This document shows positions 12,571 through 24,402 of a stretch of 64,000 bases of DNA, in pieces (the first letter of the stretch is position 1; each line of letters begins with the position of its first letter). The notes under the pieces were generated by a model. That model saw only the letters and a list, made by a program, of their open reading frames with translations, was not told where the DNA came from and ran no database searches. The stretch spans positions 18,944,912-19,008,911 of the forward strand of contig NC_092675.1 in the NCBI RefSeq assembly GCF_964355755.1. Reading direction: 5' to 3'. Made by a program: the position numbers and the translations under genes. The DNA comes from Antedon mediterranea (Eukaryota > Animalia > Echinodermata).

Positions 12571-15500
12571 TTAAAATATAGTGCAAGTTTCTTCTGACGA
12601 AGTAATACCAAAAAAGTCAAAGCCTTCTGCTTCATTTAGTTCTTCTGAACTGTGACCTGTATTTGTACTCAAAATGCATTCATTTGAAAATGCATTGAAT
12701 GAAAAAGAAACGCACACATCGTCATTGCCGCATTCTAGGGAACATGCACCAGAGCTCACTGCCAGTACATGTCTGACTACGTCGTCAGCTGCCGGAGACT
12801 TGCCTTTCATTACAAGTGAATATTTTGTATAAATAGTGGTGGAACCTGTAATAATAAAACATTTAATTAATACCGACTTAAAATTACATGATACCACATA
12901 CGTTACTGAAAATGATGTTCTAAAATCCTGAATCATCCCCCAATAATGCGTGGTTTCCTCTAGAGACGCAACGCAAAGACGTCTATGCGCAAAGTAAATG
13001 ATTTAACCAATCACAATAGCTTATTTGAACTGTCACTTGTCAATTGGTCAACTTGCTTGCGCTACGTTTACGTCCTTCCCTGCATCTCTAGTGGGAACCA
13101 AGTTTTAGTAGGCTACTAAGCGACAATCCCTTGTTTGCTATTGGTATTTCCTTTGCGTCTACGTCCTATTCATTCGTGGAAACCAAGCTTTAGTAGTATA
13201 GGCCTACATTACGTGTTACTAACCTTCACATATGTATAACAACTGTAGACTGCATTCTACGTATTTAATTCTGTGTTGAACATTTGTTCTAATGCGACAA
13301 CAATCATCATCCTCACTGTTTGTAGCCACATCGAAGGTGGGTGGTTGCTCGTGTATCAGCCACACCGGATTGCCTTCATCCTCAATGTCGTTCAGCCCTG
13401 TCCACGTCTTGTCTATCGAAATGCCAACGAAGTAGTTTAGCTCTTCTTCTGTGTTGATTGTAATTAAGTGTGTTTGTGAGTTTTCACAGACTGCCTTCGC
13501 TTCACTCCATGTTAAGAGGTCTTCAGAATATTTATAGCAATGGTGGTTGTATATAATCAATCCATCTACAACATGTAGTTAGAAAACATGGAGTTAGAAA
13601 ACTAAAAAGTCCTTTTTACAGAGTGTATTCCTTTTCACAGAGTGTAATTAAACCTAAAAACACTTTTTCTGGGAATAGGACATAAGGTTTAAAGTAAAAT
13701 GTCGCGTGAAAAACAATTTTTTTTAATAGGTCTAATAATTAATTTAAAAGTAAAACATTTTTAAATCCCTCAAACCAGGACTCAATGATAGCCGTTACAC
13801 CAAACTCCTATTTAATATTTGTTTTTAAGTATAATACTAAGAAAGAAAAATAATAAAAACAAGGACATTTTTATGTGGAAAATAGTAGACGGAGGTATGC
13901 AGTGTCGATCATGGACCTGCTCTCAAAGTGCCCTCCAATCTACCTGTAATCTTTATAAATATTAGTTTCGATTGTTTTGTTCTTCAATTTATGCTATATT
14001 GCCTAAATGTATGAATTTCAATATTTTAGGAAAAGTCTCAGGTAAGTTAGTTAGCAAGTTATGATAAAACAATAGACATTCAAATCTAGCTATCGAATTT
14101 GTAATCGTCATGATCATTATCTACATTGTTTATCGATTAATTAATTATTGTATTATTAGGCCCTATTAGATAATCGCTATTAACCGTCGTAACAAATTGT
14201 TTGGCCTATCCCAATGTTGCTGCAATCATTATTGTTATTGTTCAGGTCGCATTATTTCTTGTCTAGAAAGAGACACAACGCAAATACGTTTATGCACAAA
14301 GTAAGTGATTTGACCAATCACAAGAAATAGCTTATTTGAACTGTCACTTGTCAATTGGTCAACTTGTTTGCGTTACGTTTACGTCCTTTCCCTGCATCTC
14401 TAGTGGGAACCAAGCTTTAGTAGGCTACTAAGCGATAATCCATTGCTTGTAATTGGTATTTCCTTTGCGTCTACGTCCTATTCATTCGTGGAAACCAAGC
14501 TTTAGTAGTAGGCCTACACTGCAGGTCGCATTATTTCTTTTCCTATTAGGTTAAGGCAGAAACTATAGAGAGCGTGCATATATCATGAATATTCATGATG
14601 TATGCGTGAGCTCATCATGACGCCATACTTGCAAAACACACTGTCTGATGCACGTTCGCAGTGCAGATCGGAGTTCTGTACTCTTTTTCTCTCGATGTTG
14701 TTGTTAAGTTGTTCGTTAGGTATCATTTAAAGGACTAAATGCCAATTTACACAGACGAGCGGTTTATAATGGTAAGCGGAAAACCGCGTATAGCTTGTCC
14801 CACGTAGAATATGTATCTATCGCCCCCGTCCCCACTACGCGTTTTGTGATGGTCATAACATAGATTCTATATTTTGTATTACCGCTCGTTTGTGTAAATT
14901 AGCCTTAATGCGGTATATTACCTTTACATCCAAGAAGTTCAAATCTCATAGATATCCGATCACACCAATTAGTTGGATGAATACGAACAACTCGAACGGA
15001 TACCGGAGAAGAAAACATGTTTGTCACTTTAGTATCTTTATCCGAATTGCCTTCAAATTCCTGCAAGAGTTTAAAGAAGGTATAATAAATGGCATAGCCT
15101 TTTTATTTATTTATTTATTTCACTTACACTTACAGGAGGGAACACATATAAACACGTACACATACAATAAACAAGGCCATATAGAAGGCTGCAGTCACGT
15201 GCTCATTAGTGTTTACCGACCGACCGACCAACCGACCGACCAACCTACCAACTGACCGAAATTGCTGAACATGTTTAAAAATGTTGAAATGTTTAAAAAC
15301 ATTTATATTTTTTTAATTTACACATGCGTAGCCTGTCACTTTTGACGTGCTCGTATAACGTAATTTCGAGTTGAAAATTAAGTCAAGAAAACAGAAATCG
15401 GGCAAAAAGAGTGCGTAATAACATTTAACGCGCAGTGCGCGCACCAAAATCTGCACACTCATGGCAAATTTGTAAACTCTTAAAATTGCCTGAAACGTAC

Positions 15501-18500
15501 TCTTATTTCATCGAAGATAAATTTTTAAAATTTTAAGCGCGCGTACGCATGCGTTACATGCGCTACGCACGTAATTGTATTGCCATATGATGATTTATGC
15601 GCTGAAATTTATGAGTACCAACTTTTATTTAATTGTGATTCATGGTTGTGAAGATATGATTACAAACGTGATTTCGTTAAATCGTGCGTAGACCGCGTAA
15701 TTTTTTATTGCGCACCGTGAAAACATAACCACATCGATTCCTGGCCATAAGGAATATACTGTGAAAATTGACTTAGCTAGATTAAACTGATATCAAGATA
15801 AGGTCATATACAAGTTAGTTTTTACCGACCGACCAACCGACCGACATAGTGAGCTGTAAAGTCGCGTTGCACGCGACTAAAAATATTAAACTAAACTACT
15901 AACAATGTTACGAAACTTACGGAGATTATTACTAAAAATATTTAACTCAGGGTTTCTTAAAGTAAAAGAATTATAAGTTTGACTTAATTTACTAATAAAA
16001 CCATTTTTTTTAAACATTTACTTTACTAAAAGGAATATGAAAAGTAGGATTTCTTCTAAAACGACGACAAGGGACTCTAAGATAAAAAATACTAACTAAG
16101 TTACAGTCAAATAAAGAATTAACACAGTTATACAAAAAAACAAGATCATAAAGGTTCTACGGGACTCAGGAGATTGGACATGGAAATGAAAATCAGGATT
16201 CTGTTTGTGGCTGATGTAGCGTAAACAAGGCCAAAAAGATGGCTGCAGTCGCGTGCTTAGTGTTTACCGACCGACCAACCTACCAACTGACCGAAATTAC
16301 TGAACATGTTTAAAAATGTTGAAATGTTTAAAAACAGTTATATTTTTTTAATTTACACGTGCGTAGCCTGTCACTTTTGACGTGCTCGTATAACGTAATT
16401 TCGAGTTGAAAATTAAGTCAAGAAAACAGAAATCGGGCAAAAAGAGTGCGCAATAACATTTAACGCGCCGTGCGCGCGCAAAAATCTGCGCACTCATGGC
16501 AATTTTGTAAACGCTTAAAATTGCCTGAAACGTACTCTTATTTCATCGAAAATAATTTTTTTAAATTTTAAGCGCGCGTACGCATGCGTTACATGCGCTA
16601 CGCACGTAATTGTATTGCCATATGATGATTTATGCCCTGAAATTTATGAGTACCAAATTTTATTTAAAGATGTATTGTCCCCCTGAAAAAAATTTTTTTT
16701 TCGATATTTTTGTTGAATAGGCCATTTTAATTGCACATAAAAGTTATTCACTTTGACCTCAATTTGGATTGAAAAAAATAATTTTTTACACGGGAAAATC
16801 GCAATTTAATGCAAAAATTAACCAACCGGAAGCTATTTGTCTGGAAGACAAATGTGTTCCGGTTTAATTTAACCCTTGACCTGAGTTAGCTCATAAATAT
16901 TCATATTGTATGGATACATGGTGTGGATGATGACGCTTTCCAAATCAACAGCCAACAACGATAGCAATGCCATGCGTGCGAGAGAGTCGAGTAGTGATGC
17001 GAGACGAATCTTGAAGAAAACACGAAAACTATAGCTAGCAGAATGCTAAGTTAGAATTACAGTTATTAACTTTGATGTTGAATCTTATTCATTTAGGTGA
17101 GTTTTTGTTTCGCTAACAGGAGAGGCCTAGCTAGGCCTAGGCCCGAATTTGCTGCTACTGTACTACTATTCTACTACTACTACTAGTACTACTAGCACTG
17201 ACAGTCTCGAGTAGCCTAACTGCTGCCTACTTCTGTCTCTAGAAGTAGTGTAGTAGGCCTTAGCAGTACACTGCTAGCTAGGGCTACAGTAGACCACCAC
17301 CAGAAGGGATGTATTTTTGTTTTAATCATGATGAATTGGTTTAATTTTTAAAGATTTCAACTATCTATTCGGCAGTGAAAATAAAAAAAAAAAGAAAATC
17401 TAAATATTGTTTTGGATGTTTTACTGATGCAATATTTTAAAAATATTTTCTGTATCAAATGCAATAGGTTCAAATTAACATTCCGCAAATAAACATTTTA
17501 TGCAGATATTTTGACACAAATTTCTTTTTTTTTTAGGTTGATTGATTGAACAATAAGAGCAAGTAGTGAGAAACATAAAATGTATCGTACAGTGGCAACA
17601 TTCACAATTTATTGAAACGTTTCTTACTATTAAAATGACACTTTGTAATGGATGTGAGCGATCTTAGAAGACTATAGCTGTCGTAATTACTGCCACAATC
17701 AACACATTGATAATTAGTAGACAAATTGACACAAAAAACAATACAGGAATTCAATAAGATATACTGTATATATATATTTTATTAACTCCTTTTGCACTGT
17801 AATATTTACAGTAAAATTATGAAGTGTAAGTAAATTTGAAGAATTTATCCTGTGTACTGTTGTATGTAGTAGTTTTTTTTTATTTATTGAATGTTATGTT
17901 TACAAAATAATATACTGTACATATAATACAAAAAAAAATATTTTACAAGCTGGACAAGAACATATTGGCCGAATGCAGCAGGAGAGTCAGAAATATTTTT
18001 CCTGCAATATCCAATCATATTCCAATACCGAGTCTATCATTGTTGTCTTTGGGTGACCTCTGTTCCAGTCTTCATCAGCTCAACGTCTTTAAAAAAAGTA
18101 AAAGCAAAGTATGAAAATCTGGAAAAAATAGATCATGCATATTTAGTGCAAAATTGGGCTAGTGAAATTGCTTACTTTGACATAGTCAAATAAGTATACT
18201 ACCTTTCTATGGTAATTAGAACACATTACTTATAATTTTATAACTTATAAAAATAGAAAATAAATATTTGACTTACTACAGTACAGAGAACATTTGTTTG
18301 TATTGTAAAATGGCTAAGCTGGCTTTTCCACTCTGTCTACTTGTACAGTGCTGCTGGAAGGTTCTCAATTTCAGGCTTGTATTGCAACAATTTTTCCTGA
18401 AAAATGTTTGTTTTATTTTTATCATAAAAATTAGTTAAACAAGCTTCAACTGTAAATATATATGGTACAGCAAGCTGGCTGTATTTTCGGAATGTAGCTA

Positions 18501-21500
18501 AGATTGATGGCATATAGCCTATGGCCAGTCTATGAAGAGTACAATGTATAGGGCCTAGTTGGGCATCTTCTGCAGGGACCCGATTGTCACAGTCTGCTTG
18601 CTACTAGCCTAGCTAGATTCTAGGCCTAGCCCTGAACTGAAAAAATCCCAGGCTAAGTTAATTAATTTACCTTCCTGTTATTATTGCGTTATATATATAT
18701 TATTATATTTAAAATAACCGTCTAGGCCTACATACCGACAAATTAACAGCTCAGCTTTACATATTTATACGATCAGCCATCCCAGGGAAACCCACAGTCG
18801 CGTCGATCTCTGGTGGTGTTGTTGTACCATACAACGTGCATCGTCCATTGTTGGATCAGATCTCTGCTGTGTGGATGCTCATTAACATATCATGCATATG
18901 TATGAGTTAGCTCTACCGGCCTAATTTCTGAGCCGATGAGTTCGAAAAAATGGTAAATTTATTTTGATTTTTTTATAAGCGAAATCAATATTTTTTTCGG
19001 TGGAAGTGAATAACTTTATGTTAACTACAAAACGGTCTATTCAAAATTTGATTTTTTTCATCTTTATTTTTCATTTTTTGGGGGACAATACATCTTTAAT
19101 TGTGATTCATGGTTGTGAAGATATGATTACAAACGTGATTTCGTTAAATCGTGCGTAGACCGCGTAATTTTTTATTGCGCACCGTGAAAACATAACCACA
19201 TCGATTCCTGGCCATAAGGAATATACTGTGAAAAATTGACTTAGCTAGATTAAACTGATATCAAGATAAGGTCAGAAAGCGATAAAACGCATAGTGATAC
19301 CGGACCGACCGACAGACCGACAGACCGACCGACCGACCGACCGACATAGTGAACTATAGAGTCGCTTCCACGCGACTAAAAACGGTTATGCAGACGCTGA
19401 ATGCGCGTTATAGACTTAGTTTTCGAAATAGAATTAAAAATAACAGAACTAAAGTTGAGACTTGGATGGATAATTGAATAATAAAGGTGGATTTTGGTTT
19501 GCCTGTCAAAATGTTTCACGCCACATCAGTCTAAGCAGTCTATTGCACTTGCCAACAAGATAATCAATATGAAAACAAAATCAAAGGGAACTATCAATTA
19601 AAACACCAAGATCTTTTTGCGATTGCACCCTATTAATGGGATTATCATTAATTAAATGATAATGAAATAAAATGTTCTTTTCCAAAGTAATAGTTAAGAT
19701 ATTGCAGTTTACCGGATTGAGGGACATACCCCATAAAGCTGCCCAAGAACATAATTTGTCCAAGTCCACCTGAAGCCTGTCGGCATCCTCAACACTACCA
19801 ATAATGTTGTATAACTTAACATCAGCAAACATAAGACATCTGGAGTAGGTAAAGCGTTTTGGAATATCATTGACAAAAAGATTGAAAAGGAGAGGACCAA
19901 GAATCGATCCCTGAGGGACATCGGAATGAATAGGAAGCCATTCAGAGGATATACCCTCAATGACCACTCTCTGGAAGCTACCATTAAGATAACTACGAAA
20001 CCAGGAGATAAAATCATTATGAAAACCAAAACGTTGTTATTTTAATAAGAGTAAATTATGAGGAACAAGATCGAACGCCTTAGAAAAGTCTGTGTAAATA
20101 ATATAACATTGCTTCCTGTCATCAATGGCTTCGTAAACTGTGGTCAAAAGGGTGGCAAGGTTTGTTTTACATGATCTACCAGTTACAAAGCCATGCTGAC
20201 AGGAAGCAATGGCAGGAGAAACATGAGTCGAAATATGGTTAAAAACTATTTTTTTCAAACAATTTAGAAATGGTAGGCAACAGAGAGATAGGTCAATAGT
20301 TAAAAATCAATGTCTTGGTCTCCCCTCCCCCCCCCCCCACCCCTTATGAATAGGAACAATATTGGAACGTTTCAAAAAGGAAGGAAATTGTCCGGTTTGA
20401 AGAGATTTATTAAAGAGGAAAGCAATAGGAATAGAAAGAGGACGAGAACAGACTTTAAGAACATGGTTACTGAGATTATCACATCCAGATGCCTTATGAG
20501 TCTGAATGGATGAAATTAACTAGTTAACAATTTCAGATTGAATAATTGGAGTATTGAGAATGCCGACAGAAGCCTCAGGCAGACGTTGGTGTTCTTCAGT
20601 CACAGAAGGACCAGATCTAAAACTGAATGAAAATAACTGTTAAATAAAGCAGCCTTATCATTTGTTGTCTCCGCGACCTTGTGCTCATGCGACATAACCC
20701 GAAGGATAGGAATACGATTTAGTTTTGGTCTTTATCCACGACCAGAAGCGTTTGGGATTTGCCTTAAGATTCCCAGAAAGTGATTGCATATAACTTTTAT
20801 ATTTAAGTTTCATAAGGACTTCAAATGTTCGTTTTTATCCATAGACAATGGATTTCAAGACTTTTAATAGACTTGATTGCATATCATCCCATTTCTGCAG
20901 CTGTTTCTAGGTAGATCCTAACTGACTATTAACAGTCATCTAGATACGAGTAGTTTTTAATGCATATTAATTGTTATCCCTATCAATGTAGAGGAGACAA
21001 TGTATAATGTAAATTGATATTAATATGTAAAATAATTCAGTCACAATCTACCTGAGAATTAACGTATCATTAGATTATTCGTTTTTTATTGTGGAATGCA
21101 TTTTCTTTTTATACAGCCTGTGAAATGCACTGCATTTCTGCAAATTTTAAACACTTAAAACAAATCAAAAAAACAATAAGATATGGGCAGCTGGAACATC
21201 CCGAAAAAAATATGTTTTAGAAGGTGAGTGGGAATGCATAACATTATGTATACTTCCGTATTATCAGAAATCCTTACTATAATGCGGAGTGTTTTTTGTT
21301 TTGTTTTGTTTTTTATTTAGTTTCCCCAAACCAGCTTACGCACTGTGCTTACCGTAGGGTACTGCGTACGGAAAACCAGGAAATGCCCAGACAAAACGCA
21401 GATTGCTAAACCACCATGATATTGATGATTTCGACGCTTTAATTCCCAAGAACAAAACAGTCACGCTATACTTTTATCTTTATTTTCTTTCTTATTTATT

Positions 21501-22169
21501 TGTAAGTGGCAGGTAAATTTATTTTAAAGTTACTTACGACATTTTGCTCATTGGCGTCTTTGATTGTTTGAAATTTGGTACCGTTCATGCTGTAAAGAAA
21601 TTCGTATGATGTCACCCACTGAGGATATCCATTGCGACCCTGTGTAATAACTCCAGTTACTGTTTTCACAACACCAAAATCGACTTGGATCCACTGGTTT
21701 TGGTCGTTATACCATGCTACCCAGCTTCCACAAACGCCAGTACTTTTCAACGTATTTAATCTGGCATGTGCAGCCTCGTAACATTGATCCGACGAAAAAT
21801 AACTTGATACACTAATTTGATTATCAGATATACTGCCATCTTCCATTCCAAGAGTCTTGGTAGGCCAACAGGAATCTGAAAGATACCATTGGATAGTTAT
21901 AATTAAATGCAAAACAACAATTATTGTTAGGGCTAGCTCCCATTTTTTCGCATCACACGTTACCTATGTTAGTTCTGACTCCGAGAGTCTCGAGAACAAG
22001 CATTTTACGGTAGAAACAGAAGCTTTAACCCAATGTAGGCCTACGTACTTCCAGCATGGACTCGAAATTGGTACGTGCCAATAGGGCCTAGATTTAATCT
22101 AAACACATACATACCTCCAGACAAACTTCTTTCAAAAAGTATAAACCAACACACGTACGTAAGTATCAT
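12571..22169 (-). CDS. Secreted multidomain lectin: signal peptide + F5/8 type C (discoidin) + C-type lectin + PAN/Apple, 382 aa; exons 22115-22169, 21538-21875, 14922-15060, 13224-13565, 12571-12845
   Basis: GT-AG junctions with consistent phases (1,0,1,1) give 1149 nt with no internal stop. Motifs: MILTYVCWFILF, LGMEDGSI/QWIQVDFG/TQGR/MRFELLGC, HCYKYS/LTWSEAK/WTGLND/YICE, CSLEC...CVSFSF...CILS. Confidence 0.9.
12948..13195. mobile_element. Small MITE cluster, with a second copy at ~14260-14515
   Basis: Termini TGGTTTCCTCTAG...CTAGTGGGAACCA with an internal ACGCAA/TTGCG palindrome. Near-identical block at 14270-14515. Confidence 0.6.
15168..15882 (-). mobile_element. Helentron/DINE-1-like non-autonomous element, copy 1 (empty site for Kolobok)
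   Basis: Terminal hairpin AGTCGCGTTGCACGCGACT, subterminal inverted repeat, (CCGA)n microsatellite, ends in T-runs without a TSD. Highly similar to 16223-19381. Confidence 0.75.
16223..19381 (-). mobile_element. Helentron/DINE-1-like element, copy 2 (contains a Kolobok insertion)
   Basis: Same termini and body as copy 1, split at a TTAA. Confidence 0.75.
16668..19095 (+). mobile_element. Non-autonomous Kolobok DNA transposon
   Basis: TIR AGATGTATTGTCCCC/GGGGACAATACATCT with TTAA on both sides. The sister element has a single TTAA at the same site (~15630). Confidence 0.9.
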
Positions 22170-24402
22170 TATTAGAATAATAGGCCTAGATCGCAAAAAA
22201 ATTCGTTTAAAAATTATACTGATAATAATTTATTCACTCATATAGACAAATATAAATATAAATACAGAGGTATAACTTCACGCGATTACTGAGGAAAAAC
22301 AATAAAGATGTTCAGCGTTCACGGGATTTCAACTAAAAATAAAAAATCTAGAAAAAAAGCTTTTTCAACATTATTCTTCTGGACTAATAAAAGTAGACTA
22401 TAAACATATTTCGTGCGACTTGATGATCATTATTATTGATTAAGTGATAAAATATTCTCAAACTTTCTCGATATTGATCTTCAATTGACGTGATTATATT
22501 GTTGTTCATGTCTTCACCATAGTAATTATGTTGTGTATTGATAGGTCCAAGGTCAGTCCAATTTCAGGACAACATTTATTTATTTTATTATTTATCCAGT
22601 TCCAAAGGAACTTATCATAAGGACCCTTGTTTGTATGATCCGTGGCTGTGATGTACTAGTACACGTCACAGGGGTAACCCCCTCGTCTCAAAACAGTTCT
22701 TAAAGTGCACATGAACCAGATGTGTCCTTGGCCTGAGAAGACTCGTTCTACCACCAGATGTCATTAGTTGTGTGTTGGGGCCGAATATGTTTTCTTTTTT
22801 TCGTTTAAAATTCCGTTAGTGACAATTTATAACTCGTGATTTAATATGACACACAAAGAACTCGTATCAGTCTGGGATTGAACCAGAGGGAAGAGTGAAT
22901 TGAACGTACCATGCAATACGTTCTCTCGTAGATAATAAATTCATGTCGAAGCGGCGCAACAATTGCAATTATTTCACAACTACACATGTAGGCCTACTTA
23001 AAACTACGGACGTAAGAACTTTCCATTGTCCAATTTTGATGAAATTAAGGGCAGTCGTCTAAAAAACATATTTCATTTGTCTGTTAATCATCGACGCATG
23101 TACATTATCATTTGCCCAATCAGACTGAGATACGATTCATTCATTGGTAGGTTTCATCAGGGAGTTGTATTTTACATCATATTACATTTCCAATATTATA
23201 GATAGATTTGATACAAGAAATTCGATACAATTGAGTGGTAAATATTCAAATCGTTAAATGTGGAAGAAACAGTCAATACTGTATTAAGGCACGTGACAGG
23301 TTGTTAGGCCTACAATAATAACATGAAACAATTATTATTGGCACAAGTCCCAGTTTTTAGGACTACATCGATTAAATATAAAATAACATTAAATATTAAA
23401 AAAAAACAAATACCGTGGAAATAGCAAACTAATCAAGGTGCAGATATAGCATACATGGTTAATTAGTTAATTTATTTACATTTGTATTATTCTAATAACA
23501 TATGAAATAAAATAAGTCACTGCCCATAACAGTCTTATATATACATTTGTGTTAATCGACTACAGTAAGTAAGACCAGTGATACCGCCCGGCCCTTTCCA
23601 GTGATTTCAGCGTACTACTACCGATGATCACTTTATATAATGTACCTTTAAAACAAGAAATATTTCTTACAAAAAACGCTGCTCGACATTTTAAAATTAA
23701 TCATTGTTCTTTCTTCAGATAATGATTAATTATTAAAAAGATGTCTTTTAATCCCAAAAAATACATACAAATCAAAGATAGTTCTCTAATTATGAATCAC
23801 ATGCCCATTTATTTAAAAATGGTCAATTTTGAACTTTAATGTGCTGTGTGTGTGTGTGTGTGTGTGTGACCTCAAGGCGTGCAACTGAATACCCTCTAGA
23901 GACAACGTGACTTCAAGCAAAGAGTGATATATTCTTTGCTTCAAGTGAGAAATTCTTTCCAGTCTGTTGATTCGCGTCAACCACTCAAAAGGCGAGAATC
24001 CAAAATCGTTCAACCGTGAGCCCTCATAGACGTTTTTTGGGTCCAGCAGCTGGGATCTATAAATTATAGTCGAGTTTACAAATTAGCAAAACTGTCGGCC
24101 TCAGATACTAGACTATAACTGCTGCTTGCTTTATATCTGAATGAGTAGTCCTCATGAGACGTGGCTCGAGCAGCAGCAGCGTGAAAATCTCTGACAGTGA
24201 TAGAAATTGCTTTGCTGCCCTCTGTCGCATTCATAGTTCACGCGTTGCCGGCCTTATCGTAGGCGTAGAGAAAATTGTGTCTTGCTTCATGCCTGGCGAA
24301 TTAAATAGCCTAGGCCTAGGCCCTATCTAGCTTCTCGTTTTTATATCAACAAGATGGTTTGATTTGTTTTTTTAGAAATGATTTTATATTGATTTGAAAA
24401 TT

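Larger units (their letters stand above)
15098..20900 (-). mobile_element. Degraded CR1/L2-type LINE in intron 2 of the lectin gene, interrupted by two Helentron-like elements
   Basis: RT motifs QHGFVTGRSC, YTDFSKAFD, VPQGSILGPLLF, MFAD, KDLGV at 19581-20258. 3'UTR fragments at 15880-16222 and an (AAAT)n tail at ~15100-15120. Confidence 0.8.

Noticed and set aside
14551-14908. Possible TTAA-flanked MITE (TTAA-GGC...GCC-TTAA)
   Set aside because: The inverted match is only ~3 bp beyond the TTAA, which is insufficient support.
16668-19095. piggyBac (TTAA TSD)
   Set aside because: The termini begin AG rather than CC/YY, which is the Kolobok pattern.
23410-23460. Possible extra signal-peptide-like exon on the minus strand
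   Set aside because: No in-frame ATG without a stop. A clean signal exon exists at 22115-22169 and is conserved in the paralogue.
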